A stretch of DNA of 63,203 nucleotides, counting the filler, from Octopus bimaculoides (taxonomy: Eukaryota), in NCBI RefSeq assembly GCF_001194135.2. It is 6 parts of 6 records of this genome, joined end to end, with 100 filler letters (N's around TTAATTAATTAA, not from the genome) between each part and the next. Parts side by side here need not be neighbours in the genome. Positions count along the whole stretch, not along the records: positions 22,499 to 44,128 come from NC_068982.1; 5 more parts are not named here. The stretch is one strand, 5' to 3'. This document shows, one piece after another, positions 25,300-37,654 of this stretch (positions are counted from its first letter, which is position 1; the number at the start of each line of letters is the position of its first letter). The position numbers and the translations under genes are program-made. The notes under the pieces are model-generated. The model did no database searches and was not told the DNA's origin. It saw only the letters and a program-made list of their open reading frames with translations.

Positions 25300-26246
25300 A
25301 AAACAGAATCCAAGGATACTGATACCAATCTAGACATATTGATAGATTATAAGACTTAGACTTAAGAAAGAATTTAAGAAGTATCCCTTCAATAATCATA
25401 TTCTACCCCCTACTCCTTGCATCATCTCAGTGACTTGGTGCTGTGTAAAACTAAGCTTTTAACACCACCTACTCTTATCAAGCGAATTTAGAAGGATTAG
25501 GTTCAGGGGAGTGACTGGTGGTCTTAGAAACCACTAAGCAGGCTTAATTCTTACTAGAAACTTAATCTTTTTGTGAACCATATGGGTTCATAATAATAAT
25601 TTCTAAAATAGACATGAAAATATCAAGTTTTTGAAAAGAGCACAATTGGTTATATTAACATTATTACTTCACTGGTATTTATTTTCTCAATCTTGGAAGG
25701 ATGCAAAGTAAAGTTGATGAAAGCAAAAATTGAAATTTAAAAACAAGTAAATCTACAATTAAATGCTATGAATTATTTTGTTCAACATTGTATTCATTCT
25801 GGCAATCCATCCCCTTCTTATTCTTACAAGGTAAATAATATTGGTGGTTAATGCAATTTTTTATAGTTTGAAGTAAGTAGGACATAAATCTTCACTCGGA
25901 GAAGGATATAGTTTTGTAGCTAACTTTACTCAGGAATTCAGGCACTTATAAATGACCACTAAGTAAATTATGTTATATAATAATAAATGGGAGGGAAAAT
26001 AGAGAGAATTTTCTAGGTTACTTCCTGCATGAAAAATGTATAGCTAAGTGAGGAATAATATGCTTTGTTTGTAGGCAATTTTATAACAATCTTTAAATTT
26101 GAACAAATTCAATTCTTTTTCATTTTCACTCTGTTGCACACATATCACAGTTTATTTGAATGTATTTGACTTTACCCACAAACCCATCCCAAAAACAATT
26201 TCAGGCCTTGTGCTTATAGCAGGAAAGATTATTATTATTATCATCA

Positions 26247-26296
<50 letters not shown>

Positions 26297-26428
26297 GAGG
26301 TTACAAGCTAGCAGAATAGTTAGAGCATTGGACAAAATACCTAGCAGCATTTCTACTGGCTTTACATTTTGAGTTCAAATTCTGTCAAGGTCTACTTTGC
26401 CTAATGCCCCTTTGGGGTTAATAAAGGA
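26297..26428 (+). mobile_element. SINE family B head, diverged
   Basis: AGCTAGCAGAATAGTTAGAGCA ... TGAGTTCAAATTCTGTCAAGGTCTACTTTGCCT. Confidence 0.65.
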
Positions 26429-26439
26429 AAAGAAAACAC

Positions 26440-27045
26440 AAAATCTCACCCAAAGATAAAAATATTTTAAGAAATCAAAAAATATCAACAAGATTATGGC
26501 TGGGAGATAACTGTTAACTCAAAGCAGCTACCCTCAACTTTCACCACAGCCTCAAGATGGCTCCAGAACCTGGTGCTTATGTTCCTCACTGTGTCCCTGA
26601 GAAGATCTTCAAACACCTCCTTGGTTTTGGCCAGCAGCTTGGCCTTGGTGTTGTAGGCAGAGTGGTTGGTATCTTTCTCAACTGTGCTCCACACATAGTA
26701 ATTCATGGGATTATAATCAGAGGAATTAGGAGGCCAGAAATTGGGGCTGGTGAAGGTGTAGCTTCTCCTACAACCACTTTTGACTCTTTTCAGAAGTATG
26801 GCAATGAGTCAAAACAAGCTGTCACACATATGGCCTTCCAGCAACAACCCTCCCTAGCCAAGAGTTTGACCACAGTCTCCAGCAGTTTCACATTACCATC
26901 TGAATTGAGCCAAAGGTCCTATTCAAAGAGGTTTGGAGGTATGACATCTCTCTCACTAAAGACACGCCCAAGGGAGAACTTAGTTTTCATAATATCCATG
27001 TCATGTCTTATTGCAGAGCATTGAGCAGCAATTATGATGTTGGCA
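26440..27045 (-). mobile_element. Tc1/mariner transposase remnant (resembles DD37D/maT type)
   Basis: MKTKF...SERDVIPPNLFE*DLWLNSDG...LETVVK, GRPYV, CHTSEKSQKWL and FWPPNSSDYNPMNYYVWSTVEKDTNHSAYNTKAKLLAK...LEAVVKVEGSCFE; frameshifted. Confidence 0.85.
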
Positions 27046-27153
27046 CTTCGATACCTGATACTGATCATCATAATATAGGTGACTCTTTCCCAATATTCAA
27101 ATGGCTTCCAGTCCTCCATGTCAGCTAACTTTTCTAAACTATAGCTTCAGTCT

Positions 27154-27201
27154 TTATGTTCTCCAATGCTGTTGACTGTTCACCAATGCATCAAACTGTT
27201 C
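27154..27201 (-). CDS. Alternative candidate terminal exon
   Basis: Acceptor GTCTCCTTTTTTCAG then EQFDALVNSQQHWRT*. Short and unsupported by homology. Confidence 0.15.
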   Translation of the reverse strand, partial: EQFDALVNSQQHWRT

Positions 27202-27479
27202 CTGAAAAAAGGAGACATAAAATCATCAAATATAACCTGAACGCCCCATTTTTTTCCTTTTTAATTGTGTATGTACGTGTGTGGGTATATGTATGTATAT
27301 ATGAAATGTGTTGTGTGTGCATGTGTATATATGTGTACGTGTGTATGTATGTATATGAGTGTAGGACTGTGTCCGGTGCATAAATGCAACTTTCATGCAT
27401 ACGTCCCCTTCATTTATACGGATATGCATATGCTTGTATATTTACAGTTGTAGGTGTGTGACAGGAGGATATATCTGTG

Positions 27480-27537
<58 letters not shown>

Positions 27538-27556
27538 TACATATGTATATATGTAC

Positions 27557-27937
27557 AAGGCTTTACTTCTACCCATGCCAGCTTAATTTAATTCGTCCTT
27601 AGTCAAAAGACACCTGTTGTTACGTTCTGTTATTTGTATTTGTGTAACATTTCTCAGCTTTTTTGTTTTCTGTCCTTGTTTTCGTATACATTTGCTGCTT
27701 TCTTCCAAGGAATGTAATGCTCTTAGCTTATTTTTTCCTTGGGGCTGACCAGATTGGAGCAATCTTGACAATAACCAGCCGAAATTGAAATGATAATCTG
27801 GAACTTGACTGAGGATAGAAAACTCTGAATGATCCGTCCTTGTTTTCCTTGTATCGTCTGTCTGGATATTTTGTTGTCCCCTTTTTTTTTCACATAACTG
27901 TCTGGATGTTTTGCGTTCTTGTCCCATTTTTGTATTT
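27557..27937. repeat. 381-bp interspersed repeat, copy 1 of a direct-repeat pair
   Basis: Colinear with 28340-28720; its end fragment also occurs at about 21688-21720. Confidence 0.9.
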
Positions 27938-28339
27938 TTTTATATATAAAATATAGCGGCGTACGTACACTTTGGTCTCTTATATGTAAGTATATATTTA
28001 TCTAAATTTTGTATGACTATTATTCTTTGTATTCTTTCATTCTTTCCTTCTTTCTATCAGCCCTTTCACACTTCGTTCATTCCACTCTTCGTTCTTTCGT
28101 TCTCCCTCTCTCACATTTCCTGGCCTTCTCTTCATGCTCCCTTTCCCTCTCTTCATGTGTCCCTTTCATTTTTTACTCGCCCCTCCTTATTTCTTCTATC
28201 CCTCTGCCTCTACCTCTCTCTCTTCTCTCCCCATGTGACCGGTGTTCTGTCAGACCTGACCTTTCTTTCTTGGTTCAACTACTGTCCATGCAACATCTAT
28301 ATTCCTTCCTGTGCCTGTCATCTCTTATGTCCCTGCTGT

Positions 28340-28719
28340 AAGGCTTTACTTCCACACATGCCAGCTTAATTTAATTCGTCCTTAGTCAAAAGACACCTGT
28401 TGTTATGTTCTGTTATTTGTATTTGTGTAACATTTCTCTGCTTTTTTGTTTTCTGTCCTTGTTTTCATATACATTTGCTGCTTTCTTCCAAGGAATGTAA
28501 TGCTCTTAGCTTTTTTTTCCCTTGGAGCAGGCCAGATTGGAGCAATCTCAAGTATAACCAGCCAAAATTGCAAAGATAATCTGGAACTCAACTGAGGATA
28601 GAAAACTCTGAATGATCCATCCTTGTTTTCCTTGTATCGTCTGTCTGGATATTTTGTTGTCCCTTTTTTGTTTCACATAACTGTCTGGATGTTTTGTGTT
28701 CTTGTCCCATTTTTGTATT

Positions 28720-28720
<1 letters not shown>
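28340..28720. repeat. 381-bp interspersed repeat, copy 2
   Basis: Same boundaries as copy 1; several CpG to TpG/CpA changes. Confidence 0.9.
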
Positions 28721-28771
<51 letters not shown>

Positions 28772-29214
28772 TATATTTATGTGTATAAATGTCTAAATAT
28801 ATATGTATGCAACCATACACCTATGTGTATATGAGGATGAATTTGCTTGCACATATATATACATATACAAGTGTGCATGTGTGTGTGGATATGTGTATGT
28901 GTGAGCACATACATGCACATATATGTTTGTGTGTGTATGCGCATATACATATACATGTTTGTGTGAGTGTGTACGTATGTAGACGTTATGAACGCAGGAG
29001 ATTTTATGTCTATGTATTGTGAGAATATGATTGTGTGTATTTTTTATCTTTTATATTTTTTCTACCTATGGGAGTAACTTCCCTTTTATTCAATGGATTT
29101 CATAGCATCTGTTGCCATTAATAGCTGATGAGAATGCATTGTAGCTCTTAGCTCCTGCATCTGAAACTCCGAGTACTATTATGACAACTTACTGATTATC
29201 CTAAACTATACATA

Positions 29215-31130
29215 TGTAGTAACGCCGTGCGCATGCGTAGTCTCACGCATGCGTGGAATTCAACATCCAAGCTTTCCCGCTTTATTCTGTCTCTTTCTTG
29301 CTGGCCAGCAATTGAGCATGGACGTGTCTAGCTCGCTCCATTTTTCGAACTCATGCTAGACAGCTCACATCAACATACCAATGTCCCAACAACCATGTTC
29401 TCACACACAGAAGGCGCCTCAACAAACAAGATTAAAGCTGTATATTTTCCACCATGAATAAATATTGTTGAGTTGATAGTTTGGAGTTCAGCGTTCCATT
29501 TATTCCTAATTTAATATAGGAAGGCAGGTGTACATCTAATGATGTATAACCCACTAACCTATAAAGTGGTGACCCCCGACTAAGAAACAAATGCGGCCAT
29601 GGAGACTGAACTACCAAGCAACGATGACCACCAACGCCACCGACATCTCCAACCATAGTCCACACGACTTACTATGTACACTGAACTAAACCACCGCGGC
29701 AAATCTCTCTCTTCGATTCTGTTAGGTGACTTAGCTTCACCACGATAATAAACAGACAAGAATTACAGCCTGCGATACTTCCAATTGTGTACTCAAGAAC
29801 TTGGTATAAAACTCTCACGTGTACTGACTTTCTATCTGCTGTAATATCTCACATACATATAGACGGCCTGTCTTTTATTATGTTCTTATATGTCGCATTC
29901 ACACTCTCACATACACATACATCTTTTATGCCACACTAAATATCTCTTGTTATTCATTTTATACGGTTGTGTTTATCATCTTCTATCGTCTCCCTTTTAC
30001 TGGCCATATGTTATCGTAGTATAACATATCATGTATATCATCTTTGATATATTATTTTGTGTTCGACCGTGTGACATGTTTAAATAAAAGGAGTCCTCTG
30101 TTTTTCTATTCGTCACATGCGAACAATTTCATCTTGGGTTAAAAAAATTTCTTTAAGGTCGACGCTAATGGTCGTACAGAGTTTTTTCTGTCAACCATCT
30201 GTAAAAACGTACCTCTTCAAACACCATCATCACCAAGCAGCCTTTTCGCCACCAGCTTCGTTCAACCAAGATTACTACCGCGATGACAACAACAACTACT
30301 ACCAACTACGAGCATTTCCCCGACGTCGCCAACAGTTTCAACAGGACATCATTACCACCACACATACAGAACACAGCTATATTACAGTTCCTGCGCCGAC
30401 GTCTTCTCCATCAATGTACTGTCTACCACAATGTCGTGCGCCAACAACCCCACCACCAGGGACACACCAGATCAACACACTCAGTTTTACCTTCACTGTA
30501 TGAGTGGAATTTTCCCCTCACGCACAACAGTCAGAGCTAGCCGACTAGGATATTTAGTACCAGGTAACAGGTCGCAATCTCGCATTGATGCTCAACTACA
30601 GCTCTGCCAACTGACCACGACTTCCTGTGTACGGATATTCAACTTGTGTAATTCTTTTACGAACTGGANNNNNNNNNNTTTGTGCTACATCTTGTGGGTG
30701 GTTTTCAGTGGCCATCCTGCCTCAGGCGTTCCAACAAAAAAAATTATATTATCGTGCGTTCCACACTGGCGAGGGGAGCCCTGTAGTAACGCCGTGCGCA
30801 TGCATAGTCTCACGCATGCGTGGAATTCAACATCCAAGCTTTCCCGCTTTATTCTGTTTCTTTCTTGCTGGCCAGCGATTGAGCATGGACATGTCTAGCT
30901 CGCTCCATCTTTCGAACTCACGCTAGACAGCTCACATCAACATACCGATGTCCCAACAACCATGTTCTCACACACAGAAGGCGCCTCAACAAACAAGATT
31001 AAAGCTGTATATTTTCCACCATGAATAAATATTGTTGAGTTGATAGTTTGGAGTTCAGCGTTCCGTTTATTCCTAATTTAATATAGGAAGGCAGGTGTAC
31101 ATCTAATGATGTATGACCCACTTTCCTATA
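29215..31130 (+). mobile_element. Complete non-autonomous Ty3/Gypsy-type LTR element
   Basis: 349-bp LTRs at 29215-29563 and 30782-31130 (TGTAGT...CCTATA, 11 differences). TSD CATA at 29211-29214 and 31131-31134. PBS TGGTGACCCCCGAC at 29567-29580 (tRNA-Trp-like). PPT GGCGAGGGGAG at 30768-30778. Integrase-tail-like remnant KNFFKVDANGRTE..SVNHL near 30145-30205. Confidence 0.92.
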
Positions 31131-31187
31131 CATATATAAATAATTCTCTTTGTACCTAATATCAAAGTCTCATTGTTTTGTTGTCAC

Positions 31188-31222
<35 letters not shown>

Positions 31223-31225
<3 letters not shown>

Positions 31226-31555
31226 TAGTTTTATTTTTATAACGTGCTATCACTTCACTACCGAGCACAGCTCTGTGTGCTTTGGGTATGTGCTGTGGCT
31301 TGCTGTGATGCTCTTATGGTTACTGTATTGAAAGTGTTTTGCATAGGATGTGTGCAGTGCCCACTAGTGCAATTTTCTGTATGTTATGTATATTTGTAAG
31401 TCCTAGTGTTTTTGTTATGTATTTGAATATTTTTTTTATTATACCTAAGGCACCTACTATGATAGGAATTGTTTCTGTTTTTAGATTCCACATTCGAGTT
31501 ACTTCTATTTCCAGGTCTTTGTATTTTGAAAGTTTCTCCATTTCTTTTAGGGTAC
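31223..31555 (-). mobile_element. R4/Dong-clade non-LTR 3' fragment inserted in (TAA)n
   Basis: LKEMEKLSKYKDLEIEVTRMWNLKTETIPIIVGALGIIKK...IQKIALVGTAHILCKTLSIQ* plus a ~97-nt 3'UTR; (TTA)n at 31190-31222 and 31556-31597. Confidence 0.85.
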
Positions 31556-31599
<44 letters not shown>

Positions 31600-32053
31600 T
31601 TACATATATATATATTTATAATAGTATAAAATACAATTATAATTAAGGGCATAAAAGAGACCATGCCTATGCTGAAAGTAGATGCTAAATCGTCAAACCA
31701 CTTAAAAATTATCACTTTTATAGTACACAACATGTTGAAATTGAGGGAGTAGGCTCACAGAAATTCATAAAAAAAGTTAGCCTTGGATTGATCAATTTCT
31801 GGATTAGTCCAGTAACTTTTCCTCATCAGCAAGGCATACATAGGGAAATAAATGAGATATTTATACATACCCACAGGAAAGCAAATGCAAAGCTACAGGT
31901 ACATACAAATACCACAAATACATCTGCTTTGAATTTTGTAGTTTACCTCAGCACACGTATATGGTCAGAGTAGTACAGAAGTGACTAGACTGTCCCGAAG
32001 TAAATGGAAATTATGAATTATAATTGAATAATTGTGTGTGTGTGTGTGTGTAC

Positions 32054-32230
32054 CATTATCATTATTGCTTTTCATTCTGGCATGGGCTGGCTGGCTAGCT
32101 GGCTTGATGGGAACCAATATACCAGAGGATCATGTCTTGCATCAGATTGATTCAGTTTGGGCTTGGTTCCTATAGCTGGATGCTTTTCCTAACACCAACT
32201 ACATTACAGAGTGTACGGAGTGCATTTTTA
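32054..32230 (-). mobile_element. (GAT)n-tailed family D 3' end, diverged
   Basis: TTTTCATTCTGGCATGGGCTGG ... CTATAGCTGGATGCTTTTCCTAACACCAAC; homologous to 43819-43990. Confidence 0.65.
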
Positions 32231-32622
32231 CAAGGCACCAGACTTTTGAAGTTACCTTGTTCTCAGCAAGACTCTGTGTGTGTGTGAAGTCACCACATAT
32301 CAGGATTGCCTTTTATCAATCCTACCATGCCTTCCCCATATCAGCTGGCATATATTAGGATCTGATATATAGCATTGGTATAGGACCCTCCTCCACAACA
32401 CAGACACACATATAAGTGATGAACTTGACAGCGTAGCCACAATGCTGTAACACAAAGTATTGTTAAAAGAAACAAACTATGGCAACAAGGAAGATATTGA
32501 GTGCTTCATTTAACAACAGATAGAGCAACCATAGAAATGGAAAGAATACTGTTGCTGCTGCTGATGATGTTGTTTTCTACTTCTATTGTAATTCCATTCA
32601 CAACTAGGTTTTAGAGAAAAAG

Positions 32623-32684
<62 letters not shown>

Positions 32685-33242
32685 GTGATTATGATGGTGG
32701 TGGTGNNNNNNNNNNATGATGATGATGATGATGGTGATTATGATGGTGGTGGTGGTGGTGGTGGTGGTGGTGGTGCTCTTCTTCCACCTTTACTTTTCTT
32801 CTCTTGCCATGTTTTTGTATTAAGTAAAAGTCTAACATCGACAGACAATTACTTGTTAAACTGGAAGTGTTTTTAGAGTCTTCGGAAGTTGAAGACTCTA
32901 AATATAAACAAAACCGATTAATTTCCTGAAAACGCCTCTGTAAACAATGCTAAAAGCTGGCATTATTTAAAGTAATCTTTCAGTTTTTAATCAACTTCTA
33001 CCACCCTTTCTCTTTTTTGTTTGTTTCTTTCTCTATTTCCTTTCTGCTTTTCTTTTGTTCTGGGCTCTCTTTTTTGCACTCCTTTTCTTTCCCAGTTTCT
33101 TGCATTAGCTCTCAGTCTTCTTTCATTTCTAATTTACTTTAACCTCTCTCTGCCTATTTCTCTCTTCCCCCTTCTCTCTCTCTCTCACACACACACATAT
33201 AGCATTTTTCTTTGTCTGCCTGCCTGCCTGTCTATTTGCGTA

Positions 33243-33274
<32 letters not shown>

Positions 33275-33469
33275 CTTTTTTCCTTTCTACATCTTATGTT
33301 AGGGACTATTCTCTTGTTTGTGTTTTATTGTTTTATTTAAACAATAATTCTCGATTATATATGGCATAAATTAGAAAGAAAAATTAAATTAGAAAAATGA
33401 ACAAAGAACACAATTGAAAAAATTACCAAACAATAACCCCCCCCCCCCAGAAAAAAAACAAAAACAATT

Positions 33470-34865
33470 CACCACCTTAGGCTGAAAATTTTGGGGCACT
33501 GGGAAATCTCTCTAATGACTATTGAGGCATGCCAGCATGCTTGCAGCATTGCCGTGGGTGATGTACTGGAACAACCAAGCACTCTCATGAGTTTCACCAG
33601 TTACTCCAGCAATGTGAACTGCCAGTGAAGACAGGAATCTTGCAGTCTTTGGTCCAACCCCACCAAATATCTCGAATGCCACAGGATGGAAAATGGAGAT
33701 GACCGACAGATTTTAGTATTCCGGGATTTTATTCCACTCAGCCGCAGAAGCTGTGGATCTTGCCCTGGCCGCAGCATCCAGAATGTGAGAATAAGCAAAG
33801 GAATCACTAACTGTGACGTCCCAGACAAGGCATCTGCCTCTTGACCAAGGGGCACAGGGTGAAGCCATCAGGTCTTTTCCCATCACATCTGGACAACCAG
33901 GATGGTTCCAAGATGGAGGGGATGTTTGCCCGGGCCAAGCTCCTCTTGAGTATAAGGTTTAACTCCATATGACATGTGAAGTGACCAGCATTCAGGCAAC
34001 AAGAAAGGCCATGGAGACCTGTGGAGTCGAGGAGTTTGACACAACAACAGCTCAAACCCAAGCATACGTCAGCTCCCATTCTGGAGCAATAGAGACACGA
34101 AGTTCATCCAAGCTGAGTAGGCCACCAATGTTACCCACAAGGATGGGTTATACTCAGTCACCTGAGTATTTTGCACTAGCAGCAGTAAGCGGCACCTTGA
34201 AAACTGGTCTGACTAAATGAAGAGGGAGTCAAAGGTGGCCTTTGAAATTATGTTGTCCTAAGCTCTCTGAATCCATTAGTCCTCCGCCTTCTCACGAGTA
34301 GACAAACCCAATTCACTCTAGTGTTGGGGTGCTTCATCTAACTCTTTGTTGGAACTGGTCTATGTTGGAGAGGAGAAGATGTTGCTCATCAAGGTGGAGC
34401 AGGCATGAGTGGAGGAAAGGAAGCAAGGGAGAGAGAGGGATGAACACTTACAAAGACCAAGATCTCCAAATTGCTTGGGCAATGCAGCCTGATTGTGGGA
34501 CATTGGAAAGAGTCTGACATTGACCAAGCACTCAAGTCTCTTGAAGATAAGGTTGTCGAAGCATCAGAGGTAAGATGGCAATTGGTGAGAGGAACTGACT
34601 CAGAGTAAATATAGAAGCTTAGGGATTGAAAGTTAATTTCTAAGTATGAAGAAACCTTGATGGGGTTTAATCACTTTAATATTTCTCAGCAATTGCTCAA
34701 GGGCAGCCACTGTCAACTGGAAGATGAACTCAAAGACAAGGTCAGTAATTGGGGCTCCAAAGGATCACCAAACCGATGAGGGAGGGACTGCAATGAAGGG
34801 GAAGGACACTGTAAATAGGTCTATAGTTTGTTGATGTTGAGAAGCCGGGTGGTTGAGGATCTGTA
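33470..34865 (-). mobile_element. CRE-clade-like (RLE) non-LTR retrotransposon, 5'-truncated and decayed
   Basis: RLLNINK, FGAPI, HQGFFILRN*LSIPKLLYLL, QAALPKQFGDLGL, LKRSLARANIPSILEPSWLSRCDGKRPDGFTL and TGETHESAWLFQYITHGNAASML occur in the order expected for CRE-type RT end, thumb and PD-(D/E)xK endonuclease. Confidence 0.75.
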
Positions 34866-35065
34866 ACAATTACCTTCAGTTCAATATATGGCATTATGAG
34901 AAGAAACACAACTGGATTACATAATGCAGGGAAATGGTTGCATAATCAGATACCTGCACACCTGGAGAACTACATTGCATAGAAACAATTGTAGTGATTG
35001 AAAATAAATGCCCAATCATACTCCTTGTTGACTCCTAATCTTTTCAAATTTTTCAAATACATACA

Positions 35066-35113
<48 letters not shown>

Positions 35114-35124
35114 GGAAAATATTG

Positions 35125-35870
35125 AAGATAAAGCAGGTAAAACAGCTGGTGCATTGAGGATAGTAGTTGAGATGCTTAAAGTATCTGGTGAAGTAGGATA
35201 TGGACCAGTCACTTGAAAAGTCAATCAGATGATATAAGCAGGTATCATTACTCAATGATTGCCATAATAGCATTATGATAAACTGCTATAAGGCAAAGAT
35301 GATACAATAGAGATAAGAAACTACAGAGACACCAAATTCCCAAGCCATTTGTGGAAATTATGAAAAAAGTCACTGTGAAATTGATTTAGAAAGAATTATC
35401 ATCAGATGTAATTCAGTTTTTTGCTAAGTTCCTAGTGAGATAACAACAGGAGAAATACTTAGATATGAGTAAGCCCCTATATTTAGCATTTGTTTACCTG
35501 GAGAACAGCTATAACTATGCCCCACACTGTAATTCTATAAGATAGAAGTTATTAACGAAACTAGGGTAAGATGAAAGGCTTGTGAAGACTATTCAAGTCA
35601 GGTACAGTTAGTAAGATGAGAGACTGCAGTGAGTTCAACAATAAATTTAGCGTAGAGGTAGGGGATCCCTTGAGGCGTAGCCCTCTGTCCCTTCTTTTTA
35701 TTATGATTCTCTAAGCCATAGTAGATGAGTTTAAGACTGGCTACCTGTAAGACCTTCTGTATGATGATGACCTAGGTCTTGTAGATGAATCTATAGACAG
35801 TAAAGAGAAGAAATTCCTGTCATGGAGGTAAACTCTGGAATTGAAAAATGACAAAGGAAACTTAAAATGC
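35125..35870 (+). mobile_element. Heavily decayed RTE-clade RT fragment
   Basis: KAGKTAG..VEMLKVSGEVGY, NCYKGKDDTIEIRNYR, LYLAFVYLE, VEVG..and LYDDDL; colinear with the RT at 37707-38250. Confidence 0.75.
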
Positions 35871-35871
35871 T

Positions 35872-36065
35872 GACAGAATTAGTAGCATGTCACAAAATTT
35901 TCAATGGTATTCCAGTTCATCACTATCAGAGTTCAAATTCCACTGGATCAACTTTGCCTTTCATCCTTTCAGATTTGATAAAATAAAGTACTAATCAAGT
36001 ACTGGTATTGTGGTTGATGTAACTGACTTGTCCCCTTTCCTCAAAATGCCAGCCTTGGACCCTGA
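35872..36065 (+). mobile_element. SINE family B, CpG-decayed
   Basis: CAGAGTTCAAATTCCACTGGATCAACTTTGCCTTTCATCCTTTC. Confidence 0.7.
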
Positions 36066-36379
36066 AGCAGACAGGCAATCTGTTCATGGAAATGTTGTGA
36101 TCTTGGTCCTTTACATGCAATGGAAACAGAGTAACCAGCCTTATAAATCCCAAGGATCAAGAAAAGGAATAAAAAAAAAAGTGAAAATGGATGCCAACAG
36201 CTTCATAAGGAAGTGCCAATCTCTCAAAGTGGATTGAACTCATGAGATGAAGTATTGAAGGACAACATCAGGATGCTGAACCTTTTGAATGAGATGACAA
36301 AAGACCAAGATACCTGACACCTTGCTGTACTCAAGAAAACCTGTCCTCCACAGCAGAAGTATTAAAGCTGCTCCTCCTG

Positions 36380-36632
36380 GTGCAGAGGATTGGCTGGCAA
36401 GAGTCCTGTGCCAGTGCCACATAAAAAGCACTTGTGCCAGCATCACATAAAAGTGCTCATGCTGGTGTCACATTAAAAGTACCCAGCAGCACACACTGTA
36501 AAGTACCCAGCCATAGAAACCAAGCGAAAACAGACTGGTGTCTGGTACAGCTCTGGTCAAACCATCCAACCCATGCCAGCAGGGGAAACAGACGTTAAAG
36601 GATGACGATGATGATGACGACGAAGATGATGA
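36380..36632 (+). mobile_element. (GAT)n-tailed family D 3' end
   Basis: CCAGCCATAGAAACCAAG ... GTCAAACCATCCAACCCATGCCAGCAGGGGAAACAGACGTTAAAGGATGACGATGATG. Confidence 0.75.
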
Positions 36633-37001
36633 ACTTAGTAAATACCAAAGTAGGAAAGGAGGTGGAACCCTGCTATCATCAGGGAAATAGTTGTGTTTGA
36701 TATGCAGAAAAGGAGTTGGTAGAAATTCTATATAGTGTACCCAATGTAAAGAATGGATGTGCAAGAGGGTTAGTGCTTCATACCTTAAGGAAGATAGTTT
36801 AATGTCAGTGAAAAAGCTTTGCTGAAGATGTTATCTTTCATTTGTCCAATTAAATATAGCAATTCTGATGTGCTGAGACATATTCAGTTCAATATAACCT
36901 GTGTTACATGTTGATTCTTTGTCTAGCCAAATCAATACCTAATGCAAACAGTATAAAGTGTACAAGCACACACGCATGCGCGCACACGCACGCACACGCA
37001 C

Positions 37002-37065
<64 letters not shown>

Positions 37066-37519
37066 CTACAACCTTCAGATCACAAACTGCATTGGTTACA
37101 TCTGCAATATGTCACCTAGTCTCCACAAAACGATAAATAAATCAATTCTGAATTGAAAACATACTTTGTTGGTAAATATTGTGAATAATATTTATAAGTG
37201 TTCATTGTATATGTTAAGAGACTGCATCGTCACCATCGTCACTGTAGCTGTCGTCATCACTGTCACCATATTTATCATAATCACCATTGCTGTTGCATTG
37301 CTGTTATTACAATCGCCTTTATCATTCTTGTCATTTTTGTTGTCATAGGTAGATGAGATATTTTGATATTTTGTAAAATTGTTGTTATTGTTGTTCATGT
37401 TGTTGTTCCTTTTTTTTTCTTTATTTTCTCTTTTCCTTCTCCTCTGCCTTATTATTGTCATCATCATCATGATCATTCTACTTTTACTCAAATTCATGAA
37501 AAACATGGCTGTTTTCAAG

Positions 37520-37550
<31 letters not shown>

Positions 37551-37654
37551 CTAGCGATTGCTATTTTCATTATCTTTCTCCTGCTAGTCTCAAATATCCT
37601 GCAACAAGTAAAGGGGCCATGCTTCCACCGTTGACTAAATCATAATTTAAAAAC

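Noticed and set aside
25611-25673. Exon candidate HENIKFLKRAQLVILTLLLHW
   Set aside because: The donor lies in a SINE-B fragment and the acceptor is weak.
27809-27835. CTGAGGA-T-AGA(AAAC)TCT-GAAT as a hammerhead in the 381-bp repeat
   Set aside because: It lacks the G10.1-C11.1 pair and GAAA, and no helix I or III partner was found.
32760-32935. Minus-strand exon EINRFCLYLESSTSEDSK...
   Set aside because: Openness is partly explained by the palindrome, it runs into a (CAC)n tract, and there is no good donor.
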